Of a stretch of 64,000 bases of DNA, positions 19,051 through 28,888 are shown piece by piece (position 1 is the stretch's first letter; each line of letters begins with the position of its first letter). The stretch comes from Bacteroidota bacterium (GTDB lineage Bacteria; Bacteroidota; Bacteroidia; Flavobacteriales; Flavobacteriaceae), in assembly GCA_018829465.1 (NCBI GenBank), contig JAHJTN010000009.1, forward strand, positions 40,557 through 104,556. Direction: 5' to 3'. The notes under the pieces are model-generated. The model was given only the letters and a program-made list of their open reading frames with translations, ran no database searches and was not told the origin of the DNA. The position numbers and the translations under genes are program-made.

Positions 19051-19668
19051 ATGAGTCGATATAAAACCATCGCATCACCGATTGAAGACATGCTTTTTAA
19101 AGAACGAAAGAGTAAATTTATCGGCTATGCCTATCCTGTTGAAAACGAAACGGAGGCTAAGTCGATCCTTGACGAGCTGCGGAAAAAACACGCACAGGCT
19201 AACCATGTTTGTTTCGCTTACCGATTGGGCAACTACGGCGAAACCTATCGCAGCTTTGATGACGGCGAACCCAACAACAGTGCAGGCGCACCCATTTACG
19301 GACAATTGTTGTCCTTTGAAATTACGAATGTTTTGCTGGCCGTGGTGCGGTATTTTGGAGGTGTCAAGTTGGGGGTTGGCGGTTTGGTTTCTGCTTATAA
19401 GGCTACGGCGCTGTTGACACTGGAACAGGCAAATATTGTTGCTAAAGAATCTGTTTGCTGTTACAAGATAAAATGTGCCTACAAAGATTTGAGTCAAACA
19501 CAAAAAATCATCAAAAGTGTCGGTGGAGATGTGCTACAGATAACAACAAGCCTCGATTGTGAGTTGGACATTGCCATGCCCGAATCTACAGAGTCTCAAT
19601 TTTTATCGTCGTTTGAGCAGCTCTATGAGGTGGTGCTTACCAAAATGGCATCGTGTTTTAAAAATTGA
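19051..19668 (+). CDS. YigZ/IMPACT-family protein (UPF0029)
   Basis: 205 aa. SKFIGYAYPV..HVCFAYRLG..GEPNNSAGAPI..VVRYFGGVKLGVGGL. Confidence 0.8.
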   Translation: MSRYKTIASPIEDMLFKERKSKFIGYAYPVENETEAKSILDELRKKHAQANHVCFAYRLGNYGETYRSFDDGEPNNSAGAPIYGQLLSFEITNVLLAVVRYFGGVKLGVGGLVSAYKATALLTLEQANIVAKESVCCYKIKCAYKDLSQTQKIIKSVGGDVLQITTSLDCELDIAMPESTESQFLSSFEQLYEVVLTKMASCFKN

Positions 19669-20065
19669 AGTTTGCCTTGATTCGATCGAGCAAGTAGCTT
19701 GGTGCAACAACAGGTTTTCCGGTTTTCATATTCACAAAAACCAGCTCCGTGAAGGCCGTGGTGCAGAGTTTGTTTTTTTCGTTATAGATTTCGTAATCAA
19801 AGGCAATACGCACGCCGGGGAACTTTTTGAGTGAGATTTTAACAGTGATTTCCTCGTCATAAGTTATAGGGTTCAGGTAGTTGATTTGCAAGGATATAAC
19901 GGGTAGCATCACACCTTCCTCTTCCATTTTTTTATACGAAAAACCCAAGGCACGCAACCACTCAACTCGCGCAACTTCAAGGTATTGCGGGTAGTTTCCG
20001 TAGTAGGCATACCCCATTTGATCTGTCTCGCCATAGCGGACTCTTAATTTTATTTCTTTTATCAT
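19658..20065 (-). CDS. Acyl-CoA thioesterase, 4HBT/YbgC hot-dog family
   Basis: 135 aa. RVRYGETDQMGYAYYGNY N-terminal motif. Confidence 0.8.
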   Translation of the reverse strand: MIKEIKLRVRYGETDQMGYAYYGNYPQYLEVARVEWLRALGFSYKKMEEEGVMLPVISLQINYLNPITYDEEITVKISLKKFPGVRIAFDYEIYNEKNKLCTTAFTELVFVNMKTGKPVVAPSYLLDRIKANFNF

Positions 20066-20250
20066 TTGGTGTAAAAGTTTTCCGTATCTTTATGCTTGCA
20101 TATATTCCGAAAAAAAAACCGAAAATTCAAACGTATTTCGTTTTTTTTTTAACTTTTTTGTTCACATATTTGCTAACCCGAATTTAAGTGTTTTCGTTAC
20201 GAAAATACGCACTGACTAACAAAACTTAAACTCAAAATTTACCTGTAGGC

Positions 20251-21681
20251 ATGAGCAAAACTGCGCAATCAGTTTGGGAAAATTGTTTATTATTTATTAA
20301 AGACAATATACAACCGCAAGCATTTAAAACTTGGTTTTTGCCTATTGTAGCCGTTAAACTAACAGACAATGCCCTGAGCATTCAGGTACCGAGTAAGTTT
20401 TTCTACGAGTGGCTCGAAGAGCATTACGTTAAAATCTTAAAGGTTGCGCTCACAAAAGAATTGGGCGAAAATGCACGTCTGGTTTATGTGATCAAGATGG
20501 AAAATACCTACGGAAATAAAAAACCATTTACAGAAAAAATACCAAGTGCCAACCGTCAGGGAGCTATCAAATCTCAGGATGTGGATGTGGCCATTCGCCA
20601 CAAAGATCCGGAGTTGAAAAATCCGTTTATTATTCCCGGTATTCGTAACCTTAAAATTGAATCTCAATTAAACCCCACTTATAACTTCGAGAACTTTTTG
20701 GAGGGCGACAGCAACAGATTGGCACGTTCGGCAGGTGTGGCAGTAGCCAACAAACCCGGCGGCACATCCTTTAATCCCCTGTTGATTTTTGGCGGGGTCG
20801 GACTTGGAAAAACCCACTTGGCACATGCCATCGGTGTTCAAATAAAAGACAAATATCCCGAGAAAACAGTTTTATACATCCCGGCCGAAAAATTCGCCCA
20901 ACAGTACATAGAGTCTGTTCGGAAAAATACCCGAAACGATTTTATACATTTCTATCAGATTCTAGATGTGTTGATATTAGACGATGTGCAATTCTTGTCA
21001 GGAAAAGCCGGTACCCAAGATGTGTTTTTTCATATATTCAACCATTTGCATCAAAACGGCAAGCAGGTTATCTTAACCTCAGACAAGGCTCCGGTTGACT
21101 TGCAAGACATTGAACAACGCTTACTTTCCCGATTAAAATGGGGACTCTCAGCAGAGCTTATGCCTCCCGATTTTGATACTAGGGTTTCAATTCTTCAAAA
21201 CAAACTTTACAGAGACGGTGTGGAAATGCCCAACGACATCGTAGAGTATATTGCCAAGAACATCAAGACCAATATTCGCGAGCTGGAAGGCGCCATAATT
21301 TCACTCATAGCCCAGTCTTCTTTTAACCGCAGAGAAATCACAATTGATTTGGCCAGGCAAATTGTGGAAAAATTTGTAAAACACACCAAAAGAGAAGTTT
21401 CTATTGATTACATACAGAAAATCGTCAGCGATTATTTTCAAATGGACGTAGATACGCTCCAATCGAAAACCCGTCGCCGACACATTGTTCAGGCCCGACA
21501 ACTCGCCATGTTTTTTGCTAAAAAGTACACCAAAACATCATTGGCCAGCATCGGCTCACAGATTGGAGATCGCGACCATGCTACTGTGCTTCACGCTTGT
21601 AAGACAGTCGAAAACCTCACCGCAACAGACAAACAATTTAGAAAATACGTGGATGACTTGACCAACAAGTTTTCCGGTTGA
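20251..21681 (+). CDS. dnaA: Chromosomal replication initiator protein DnaA
   Basis: 476 aa. Walker A GGVGLGKTHL, box VII, and C-terminal DNA-binding signature IGSQIGDRDHATVLHACK. Confidence 0.97.
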   Translation: MSKTAQSVWENCLLFIKDNIQPQAFKTWFLPIVAVKLTDNALSIQVPSKFFYEWLEEHYVKILKVALTKELGENARLVYVIKMENTYGNKKPFTEKIPSANRQGAIKSQDVDVAIRHKDPELKNPFIIPGIRNLKIESQLNPTYNFENFLEGDSNRLARSAGVAVANKPGGTSFNPLLIFGGVGLGKTHLAHAIGVQIKDKYPEKTVLYIPAEKFAQQYIESVRKNTRNDFIHFYQILDVLILDDVQFLSGKAGTQDVFFHIFNHLHQNGKQVILTSDKAPVDLQDIEQRLLSRLKWGLSAELMPPDFDTRVSILQNKLYRDGVEMPNDIVEYIAKNIKTNIRELEGAIISLIAQSSFNRREITIDLARQIVEKFVKHTKREVSIDYIQKIVSDYFQMDVDTLQSKTRRRHIVQARQLAMFFAKKYTKTSLASIGSQIGDRDHATVLHACKTVENLTATDKQFRKYVDDLTNKFSG

Positions 21682-21691
21682 AATAAATCAA

Positions 21692-22168
21692 ATGAAGACG
21701 AGAATATTGATGGTTTGCCTCGGAAACATTTGTCGCTCTCCGTTGGCAGAAGGCATTTTGAGGAGCAAACTCCCCAATAATCTATTCGAAGTTGACTCAG
21801 CCGGAACCGCGCACTACCACATCGGAGACCCCCCGGATGCCAGAAGCATTAAAGTGGCTTCGCAAAAGGGTATCGACATTTCCAATCTTAGAGGCCGTCA
21901 GTTTAGGCCTGTAGATTTTCAAAAATTTGATTACATTTTCGCTATGGACATGGCCAATAGAGCAGATATGCTTCGACTGGCAGATAAAAAGGAACACGCT
22001 TCAAAAGTAAATTTGTTGCTCGAAACACTTTTTCCAGGTGAAAACATGGAAGTTCCGGATCCATACTACGGCACCGAACGCGACTTTGAACAGGTTTTTG
22101 AGTTGCTCGACAAGGCTACAGACGCCTTGGTATTGAAGTTGACAAACCAGATTAATCATGGAAAATAG
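21692..22168 (+). CDS. Low-molecular-weight protein-tyrosine phosphatase
   Basis: 158 aa. P-loop VCLGNICRSP and the DPYYG Asp loop. Confidence 0.9.
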   Translation: MKTRILMVCLGNICRSPLAEGILRSKLPNNLFEVDSAGTAHYHIGDPPDARSIKVASQKGIDISNLRGRQFRPVDFQKFDYIFAMDMANRADMLRLADKKEHASKVNLLLETLFPGENMEVPDPYYGTERDFEQVFELLDKATDALVLKLTNQINHGK

Positions 22169-22877
22169 CGGTAAACTTTTTCTGATTCCTACTACTTTGG
22201 GCGATATTGAACCGCTCAATGTGTTGCCGTTGACCGTCAAAAAAGTGATTGAAACTACACATATTTACGTGGTTGAAAACGAAAAATCTGCACGCAGGTT
22301 TATCAAAAAAATATCGCCATCCAAAACACAATCCAAACTTGTGATTAAAGTGGTATCTAAATATCTTGAAGAAGAAGAAACCATGCAGTTTTTGCAAGAA
22401 GTGTGGAAAAATGGTCAAGATGTTGGTATGATTTCAGAGGCGGGTTGTCCGGCAGTGGCAGATCCCGGTTTTGATGTAGTTTGGTTGGCCCACCGATCTG
22501 GTGTGAAGGTGGTGCCTTTGGTGGGACCAAGTTCCATCATGCTCGCATTGATGGCTTCCGGATTAAACGGACAGAATTTTGCCTTTAACGGCTATTTGCC
22601 CATTGACAAACCTAAGTTGAAAAGTACGCTTAAAGTTCTTGAAACCAAATCGCTGAAGGAAAATCAGACCCAGATTTTTATGGAAACACCTTATCGCAAC
22701 AACAATTTTTTAAAAGAGTTGCTCAGTGCGCTTCATCCGGATACCTTGTTGTGTGTAGCCGCCGATATTACGCTTGATACAGAGTGGATTTTTACAGATT
22801 GTGTGAAAAACTGGAAGCAGGTGACAGTAGATTTACACAGAAGGCCGGCCATTTATTTGATTTGGCGTAAAGGATAA
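22158..22877 (+). CDS. SAM-dependent methyltransferase, tetrapyrrole-methylase fold (RsmI-like)
   Basis: 239 aa. MISEAGCPAVADPG block typical of RsmI/YraL-type enzymes. Confidence 0.7.
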   Translation: MENSGKLFLIPTTLGDIEPLNVLPLTVKKVIETTHIYVVENEKSARRFIKKISPSKTQSKLVIKVVSKYLEEEETMQFLQEVWKNGQDVGMISEAGCPAVADPGFDVVWLAHRSGVKVVPLVGPSSIMLALMASGLNGQNFAFNGYLPIDKPKLKSTLKVLETKSLKENQTQIFMETPYRNNNFLKELLSALHPDTLLCVAADITLDTEWIFTDCVKNWKQVTVDLHRRPAIYLIWRKG

Positions 22878-23018
22878 AACAGCCAATATCTTACTCTAAA
22901 GTACAGGTTTTTCATATTTGATTGCATTTTAATTGGCTTGTCAAGCAAGAATTCATGGTGTAATACCTTTTGGTGTAATTAGATTCCTTATTTTTATGCC
23001 TTCACACCAAAAAATTAC

Positions 23019-23116
23019 TGATGAAACACCCATGTAAAAATTTTGCACACAGGAGCATGATTATCCTAGGGCGTTCCATGTGACCGCTGAAAAACAATAA
23101 ATATAAACAGATGAAA
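23019..23116 (+). repeat. Solitary copy (A) of a ~91-bp repeat family; its 3' end provides the ATG of the GH32 gene
   Basis: tgATGAAACACCCATGTAAAAATTTTGCACACAGGAGCATGATTATCCTAGGGCGTTCCATGTGACCGCTGAAAAACAATAAATATAAACAGATGAAA. Near-identical units occur at 33407-33620. Confidence 0.8.
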
Positions 23117-24658
23117 TTTTTTTTGACAATTTTTTTGACGCTAACCTTACTATCGAGTTGCCGTCAAAACACGCAAGATGAACCTTTGAAACCTTTAGCA
23201 GAAACCGTTACCTACACAGAAGCATTTCGGCCTCAGTATCATTTTACACCTCAGGAAAAATGGATGAACGATCCAAACGGATTGGTATATCACCAAGGAG
23301 TCTATCACCTCTTTTATCAATACTATCCGGATGATATTGTTTGGGGACCTATGCATTGGGGGCATGCCGTTAGCAAAGACATGCTACATTGGGAACACAA
23401 ACCCATAGCCTTGTATCCGGACAAAAACGGCTATATCTTTTCGGGTAGTGCTGTAGTGGATACCCAAAATACAACAGGCTTTGGAACTCCGGAAAATCCG
23501 CCACTCGTGGCTATTTTTACCTATCACGATGATGCCAAAGCAAAAGCAGGTCGCCACGATTTTCAAACCCAAGGCATTGCCTACAGCCTCGACAATGGCG
23601 ATACTTGGACGGTTTATGAAGACAATCCGGTAATCGGCAACACGGACATACACGATTTTCGCGATCCTAAGGTTTTTTGGCACGAGGACACCCAACGTTG
23701 GATAATGGCTTTGGTGGCAGGTGACCACGCAAAATTTTACGCATCAGACAATTTGAAAACGTGGACACACCTCAGCGATTTTGGCAAAGACAAAGGCGCG
23801 CATGGCGGCGTTTGGGAATGTCCGGATCTGTTCAAGTTGCCGGTTGAAGGCACAGACGAAGAAAAATGGGTGTTGTTTATCAGCATCAATCCCGGTGCGC
23901 CTCATGGTGGCTCCGGTACACAATATTTTGTAGGCTCGTTCGATGGAACCACCTTCACTACAGATCAGACAACCGAGAAATGGATAGATTGGGGTACAGA
24001 TAATTATGCCGGTGTTACCTATAACAACACACCCGACAGTAAACGCCTCTTTATCGGTTGGATGAGCAACTGGCTCTATGCACAAGAAACACCCTCAGAA
24101 ACATGGCGCAGTGCCATGACGCTTCCGCGCGAACTGTCTCTGACCAAAGTGAACGGCCAATATGCACTTCAGAGCAAGGTGTTTATCGATGTGGAAAAAA
24201 ACAGTGACTCGGTCTTTTCGCGCGATGCCATACCACTAGACCAAAACGGACAATTCAATTTAGTTTCATCAAGCTTGGGTACTTCTGAAATCAGTTTTCG
24301 AATACCCAATCAGGATGTGGAAATCTTCTTTTCAAATGACGAAGGTGACACTTTAGCTGTTACTTATCAAAAAGATAAAAGAATATTTTCGTTAGACCGA
24401 AGCCGCTCCGGAATGGTTAATTTTAATGAAGCTTTTGGGCAAAAGCACAGCACCTCTGTGTCATTGCTAACGTCAGATTCAGTCAATTTTCAGATTTTCT
24501 TGGATTGGAGTTCAATCGAAATCTTCTTAAACGATGGGTTGTATAGTTTTACAGAAATTGTTTTTCCTAAAAGCCCTTTTAACAAGCTATCGATTATTAG
24601 TGACAAAAATGTGAAACTAACACATTTTTCGGTTAAAAACATACATACGATTTGGTAA
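23111..24658 (+). CDS. GH32 beta-fructofuranosidase (invertase/levanase-type), lipoprotein
   Basis: 515 aa. Lipobox LLSSC. Catalytic blocks WMNDPNGL, FRDPKV and WECPDL. Confidence 0.92.
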   Translation: MKFFLTIFLTLTLLSSCRQNTQDEPLKPLAETVTYTEAFRPQYHFTPQEKWMNDPNGLVYHQGVYHLFYQYYPDDIVWGPMHWGHAVSKDMLHWEHKPIALYPDKNGYIFSGSAVVDTQNTTGFGTPENPPLVAIFTYHDDAKAKAGRHDFQTQGIAYSLDNGDTWTVYEDNPVIGNTDIHDFRDPKVFWHEDTQRWIMALVAGDHAKFYASDNLKTWTHLSDFGKDKGAHGGVWECPDLFKLPVEGTDEEKWVLFISINPGAPHGGSGTQYFVGSFDGTTFTTDQTTEKWIDWGTDNYAGVTYNNTPDSKRLFIGWMSNWLYAQETPSETWRSAMTLPRELSLTKVNGQYALQSKVFIDVEKNSDSVFSRDAIPLDQNGQFNLVSSSLGTSEISFRIPNQDVEIFFSNDEGDTLAVTYQKDKRIFSLDRSRSGMVNFNEAFGQKHSTSVSLLTSDSVNFQIFLDWSSIEIFLNDGLYSFTEIVFPKSPFNKLSIISDKNVKLTHFSVKNIHTIW

Positions 24659-24813
24659 ATTCGTAATATTGGCATCCTAACCTCTTTATTCATAAAATTC
24701 GTGCAACACGTATGATCCGATTTGTAAAACCAATCACTTTAATGGTAAAGGCATCACATTTTTGCGTTGAACAATTCTGAAGTTATGAATATCGAAAAAA
24801 TAAAGATAAATTT

Positions 24814-26157
24814 ATGAAAGCATCCAATATCAGAAATTGGTCTATTACGGTTGCTGTTTCCGGATTCCTGTTTGGGTTTGACACTGTAGTCATCTCGGGA
24901 GCCAACCAACCTATCAAGCTCCTTTGGGACACTTCACCTTTGTTTCACGGGCTGTTTATCATGTCTATGGCACTTTGGGGTACGGTTATTGGAGCACTTT
25001 TTGGGGGTTGGCCCTGTGATAAATTCGGACGTAAAAAAACACTTTTTTGGATAGGCGTCCTTTATTTGGTTTCTGCGCTCGGCTCGGCTTTGGCTACAGA
25101 TCCGTATATGTTTTCCTTTTTTAGGTTTGTCGGTGGCATTGGAGTGGGCGCATCTTCTGTGGCGGCACCTATTTACATATCCGAAATCACATCGGCTCAA
25201 AATCGCGGAAAACTGGGGATGATGTATCAATTCAACATCGTATTTGGTATTTTAATCGCTTATTTTTCCAATTTTCTGCTAAAAGATTTTGGCGGTACCA
25301 ACGACTGGCGTTGGATGTTGGGGGTAGAAGCCATACCGGCTGCTGTCTATTCCATACTGGTACTGACTGTAAAAGAAACGCCACGCTGGTTGATTTTGAA
25401 AAAAAATGATGCGGCAGAAGCGTTAAAGGTTTTAGAAATGAGCCTTCCAAAAGAAGCGGCTTTGCAGAGTTTGGAAGAAATTAAAAAAGATCAGTTGGAA
25501 GTTAAAAAAGGAGATCCCTTGTTCTCAAGAAAGTACAGTTTTCCACTTTTATTGGCTTTTCTCTTAGCGTTCTTTAACCAGCTTTCGGGCATCAATTTCA
25601 TTTTGTATTACGCGCCCGAAATTCTTGAAAAAGCGGGGCTAGCCGCAAAGGAATCACTGAAAAATTCGGTTTTGATTGGCGTTACTAACCTTGTTTTTAC
25701 GTTTGTAGGTATGCGTTTGATAGATCCTTTTGGCAGAAAGCAACTTATGTATATTGGTTCTGTGGGCTACATAGTCAGTTTGGCTGTGGTGGCTTGGGCG
25801 TTTTACACAGGTGCCGATTCCACCTTATTGCTGGTTTTTATCATGTTGTTTATCGCTTCACACGCCATTGGGCAAGGGGCTGTCATTTGGGTTTTTATTT
25901 CTGAAATTTTTCCAAATGCGGTGCGCGCATCCGGCCAATCTTTTGGCACCGGAACGCATTGGGTTTTTGCGGCACTTATCACCTTGTTAGGGCCTGTTTT
26001 TATAGACTTATTTAAAGAAAATCCCTGGCCCATCTTTGCCTTTTTTAGTTTTATGATGGTTTTACAATTGTTGTACGTACATTTTATCATGCCGGAAACA
26101 AAGGGGTTGTCTTTGGAAGATCTTGAGAAAAAAATATTAAATCGCGGAAAAGATTAG
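24814..26157 (+). CDS. MFS sugar porter
   Basis: 447 aa, 12 TM. Sugar-porter motifs GRKKTL and PETKG. Confidence 0.88.
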   Translation: MKASNIRNWSITVAVSGFLFGFDTVVISGANQPIKLLWDTSPLFHGLFIMSMALWGTVIGALFGGWPCDKFGRKKTLFWIGVLYLVSALGSALATDPYMFSFFRFVGGIGVGASSVAAPIYISEITSAQNRGKLGMMYQFNIVFGILIAYFSNFLLKDFGGTNDWRWMLGVEAIPAAVYSILVLTVKETPRWLILKKNDAAEALKVLEMSLPKEAALQSLEEIKKDQLEVKKGDPLFSRKYSFPLLLAFLLAFFNQLSGINFILYYAPEILEKAGLAAKESLKNSVLIGVTNLVFTFVGMRLIDPFGRKQLMYIGSVGYIVSLAVVAWAFYTGADSTLLLVFIMLFIASHAIGQGAVIWVFISEIFPNAVRASGQSFGTGTHWVFAALITLLGPVFIDLFKENPWPIFAFFSFMMVLQLLYVHFIMPETKGLSLEDLEKKILNRGKD

Positions 26158-26160
26158 AAA

Positions 26161-27048
26161 ATGTATCATTTAGATTGTTGTTGTTTTGGTGAAGTATTGT
26201 TTGATGTATTGCCTGAACGCCAGGTTGTTGGTGGGGCTTCGCTCAATGTAGCCGTTTGGCTTCATCGATTGGGAAATGCTGTCGGCATGATCAGCAGGGT
26301 AGGCGAGGACGATTTGGGCAAAGAACTCATTAAGTTTATAGAAAAACAAGGCCTTACTACAACACTTATCGGCACAGATAGTCAGTTAGCCACCAGCACT
26401 GTCAAAGTAGCATTGGACGATAAGGGTATCGCTACGTATGTTATTGAAAAACCCGTTGCCTGGGATGCTATTCCGCATAGTGACGCATTGCAAACTGCCG
26501 TGGCAAACGCAAAAGTATTTGTGTATAATTCGCTCACCGTTAGGAGTAAAGCAAGTCGCGAAACGCTTTTTAAATTGCTTTCAAGTAAAGCCTACAAAGT
26601 ACTCGATGTAAACCTGAGACCGCCACATTACGAAAAATCATTATTGATTGCATTGATGCAGGCGGCAGATTTTATCAAATTTAACGACGATGAAATTCGT
26701 GAAGTTGTAGGTTATTTTCAAAAAGACGTACGCGACTTGAAACAGGCCGTACAGGTCATTTCAACGAAGACGCATACGCCTACTATTTGTGTGACGCTAG
26801 GTGGTGATGGAGTACTTTTTTTTCAAGACGGTGGGTTTTACAGCTTTGGAGGTTTCAAAGTGACCGTAAAAGACACAGTGGGGGCCGGTGATTCTTTTTT
26901 AGCGGCTTTGATTTCTTCATTGCAAAAAAACACCCCTGTTGAAGCATCCTTGCGTTTTGCTTGTGCATTGGGCGCCAGTGTTGCCTCCAAAGAGGGTGCG
27001 CTACCGGACATCGATTTAAACGCAGTGGCTCAGTTGGCAGCTTGCTGA
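26161..27048 (+). CDS. PfkB-family fructokinase
   Basis: 295 aa. GGASLNVA and DTVGAGDSF motifs. Last gene of the GH32-MFS-kinase operon. Confidence 0.85.
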   Translation: MYHLDCCCFGEVLFDVLPERQVVGGASLNVAVWLHRLGNAVGMISRVGEDDLGKELIKFIEKQGLTTTLIGTDSQLATSTVKVALDDKGIATYVIEKPVAWDAIPHSDALQTAVANAKVFVYNSLTVRSKASRETLFKLLSSKAYKVLDVNLRPPHYEKSLLIALMQAADFIKFNDDEIREVVGYFQKDVRDLKQAVQVISTKTHTPTICVTLGGDGVLFFQDGGFYSFGGFKVTVKDTVGAGDSFLAALISSLQKNTPVEASLRFACALGASVASKEGALPDIDLNAVAQLAAC

Positions 27049-27149
27049 TACCCAATGAAATTGCATTCATAAAACTTCCCCCTGCACCCGTAGCTTTATC
27101 ATTGGATGGTGAAAACGCCGGTGGCTGAATCTAAATATTAAAAGCAACA

Positions 27150-27186
27150 AACCCGAAAGATTTTGAATTCTTTCGGGTTTTGATTT
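27150..27186. terminator. Bidirectional intrinsic terminator between convergent genes
   Basis: AACCCGAAAGA-ttttgaat-TCTTTCGGGTT (11-bp perfect stem) followed by ttgattttt. Confidence 0.75.
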
Positions 27187-27205
27187 TTGTAAACGCAAAT
27201 CGGGT

Positions 27206-28432
27206 TTATAGTTCGAGTGCTTTTTTTACATCGCCATGCATCAGGTGTTCAACCGGATTTTCTATAGCTTCTTTAACAGCCACCAAAAATCCGACAGATT
27301 CGCGCCCGTCTATGATACGGTGGTCATAGGAAAGTGCCAGATACATCACCGGAGCAACCGCAACTTGGCCGTCTTTTACAACGGGTCTTTCAACGATGTT
27401 GTGCATCCCCAAAATAGCCGATTGGGGCGGATTGATGATAGGTGTTGACAGCATTGAGCCAAAAACACCGCCATTGGATATGGTAAATGTACCGCCGGTC
27501 ATTTCATCTACGGTGATTTGTCCGTCGCGCGCACGAACAGCCAATCTTTTGATTTCGGCTTCAATACCTCTGAAACTGAGGTTTTCTGCGTTGCGAACTA
27601 CCGGGACTACCAAACCTTTAGGGCCGGAAACCGCTACACTGATATCGCAAAAGTCGTAGGTAATCATGTGATCGCTGTCTATCATCGAATTGACGTCCGG
27701 ATATAGTTGAAGTGCACGTACTACAGCTTTGGTGAAGAAGCTCATAAATCCAAGACCTACGCCGTGCTTGGCAGCAAAAGCTTCTTTGTGCGCTTTTCGA
27801 AGTCGGAAAATCTCGCTCATATCCACCTCATTAAAAGTGGTTAACATTGCTGTTTCGTTTTTGGCACTGACCAAGCGCTCGGCCACTTTGCGTCGCAACA
27901 TCGACATTTTCTTGCGCTCGGTGCCACGGCTTCCCGGGCCGGGCGTACCCATTGAAGGTGTGGCCTTTACAGCGTCGTCTTTGGTGATGCGTCCGTCACG
28001 ACCGGTACCTTTGACTTGGTTGGGAGAAATATTTTTTTCATCTAGCACTTTTTTTGCAGCCGGCGAAGGTGTGCCTGAGGCATATGAACTTTCTTTAGCC
28101 GCTTCGGGTGCTTTCGGCTTCTCGGCTGTTTTAGTTTCGGACGGTGTCGGTTTCTCTTCTTTTTTCTCAGCTTTGGCACTTTTTTCCGGTTTGGTTGCTT
28201 CGGTATCTATAAGACACACAATTTCTCCAACGGCCACAGCATCGCCTTCTTGGGCTTTGAGTGTAATGATGCCGGCGGCCTCTGCAGGAAGCTCAAGCGT
28301 AGCTTTATCTGAATCAACTTCGGCAATTGCCTGATCTTTTTCTACATAATCGCCATCTTTGACTAACCACTGTGCTATTTCAACTTCTGTGATAGATTCG
28401 CCCGGCGAGGGCACTTTCATTTCTAAAACCAT
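27206..28432 (-). CDS. sucB: 2-oxoglutarate dehydrogenase E2, dihydrolipoyllysine-residue succinyltransferase
   Basis: 408 aa. Lipoyl-Lys motif EVDSDKATLELPA, Ala/Pro/Lys linker, and catalytic DHRIIDG. Confidence 0.93.
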   Translation of the reverse strand: MVLEMKVPSPGESITEVEIAQWLVKDGDYVEKDQAIAEVDSDKATLELPAEAAGIITLKAQEGDAVAVGEIVCLIDTEATKPEKSAKAEKKEEKPTPSETKTAEKPKAPEAAKESSYASGTPSPAAKKVLDEKNISPNQVKGTGRDGRITKDDAVKATPSMGTPGPGSRGTERKKMSMLRRKVAERLVSAKNETAMLTTFNEVDMSEIFRLRKAHKEAFAAKHGVGLGFMSFFTKAVVRALQLYPDVNSMIDSDHMITYDFCDISVAVSGPKGLVVPVVRNAENLSFRGIEAEIKRLAVRARDGQITVDEMTGGTFTISNGGVFGSMLSTPIINPPQSAILGMHNIVERPVVKDGQVAVAPVMYLALSYDHRIIDGRESVGFLVAVKEAIENPVEHLMHGDVKKALEL

Positions 28433-28469
28433 AATGTCTGTTTTTTATATAAATATGTTGAGCTCGTAA

Positions 28470-28886
28470 CTATTTTTGTTGTTGTGTAAAATCATACACC
28501 AATACTTTGCGCCATTTTGATTTGTTTTTCTCGATAAAATCGAGATGTTTTTGGTAAAGTTCGTGCGATGCCAAGTCGTCAAAATAGACGGTGAGGGATA
28601 TTTGATAGGAATGGTCAACCACATCACGAGCGGGCGTTTGGGCAGGCACACCAACTGAAAAATCGCGGACGCCTTCCAGTTTCCCCAAAGCTGTAATGGC
28701 ATCTAACTGTTCTTGTAGGTCTAATTCGGGTTGATGGAGCCAGAAAAAAACTTGGTGAACAAAGGCTTCACGCTTTTTATCCTGCCCCAATGTGCTTTGG
28801 GAAATGGAAAGCATCAGCGAACAGGTGAACAACAACAATACAGTTTTGGCAGTTTTTGACATACTGAAAAGGTTAGTAGGTTTCAA
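28470..28886 (-). CDS. Dabb (stress-responsive alpha/beta-barrel) domain protein with signal peptide
   Basis: 138 aa. N-terminal hydrophobic signal, then a ~95-aa HQVFFWL...VYFDDLASHELYQKH..F Dabb-like core. Confidence 0.6.
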   Translation of the reverse strand: MKPTNLFSMSKTAKTVLLLFTCSLMLSISQSTLGQDKKREAFVHQVFFWLHQPELDLQEQLDAITALGKLEGVRDFSVGVPAQTPARDVVDHSYQISLTVYFDDLASHELYQKHLDFIEKNKSKWRKVLVYDFTQQQK

Positions 28887-28888
28887 AT

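Noticed and set aside
20066-20250. oriC with DnaA boxes immediately upstream of dnaA
   Set aside because: I found only one relaxed box (TTGTTCACA, about 20157-20165) and A/T tracts, with no cluster of TTATCCACA-type boxes. Origin placement needs a GC-skew and box-cluster analysis on the full chromosome.
27729-28334. 201-aa ORF on the + strand inside sucB
   Set aside because: It is antisense to the Ala/Pro/Lys-rich linker region of E2o. The Ser/Ala-rich translation is the mirror image of that linker. No independent support.
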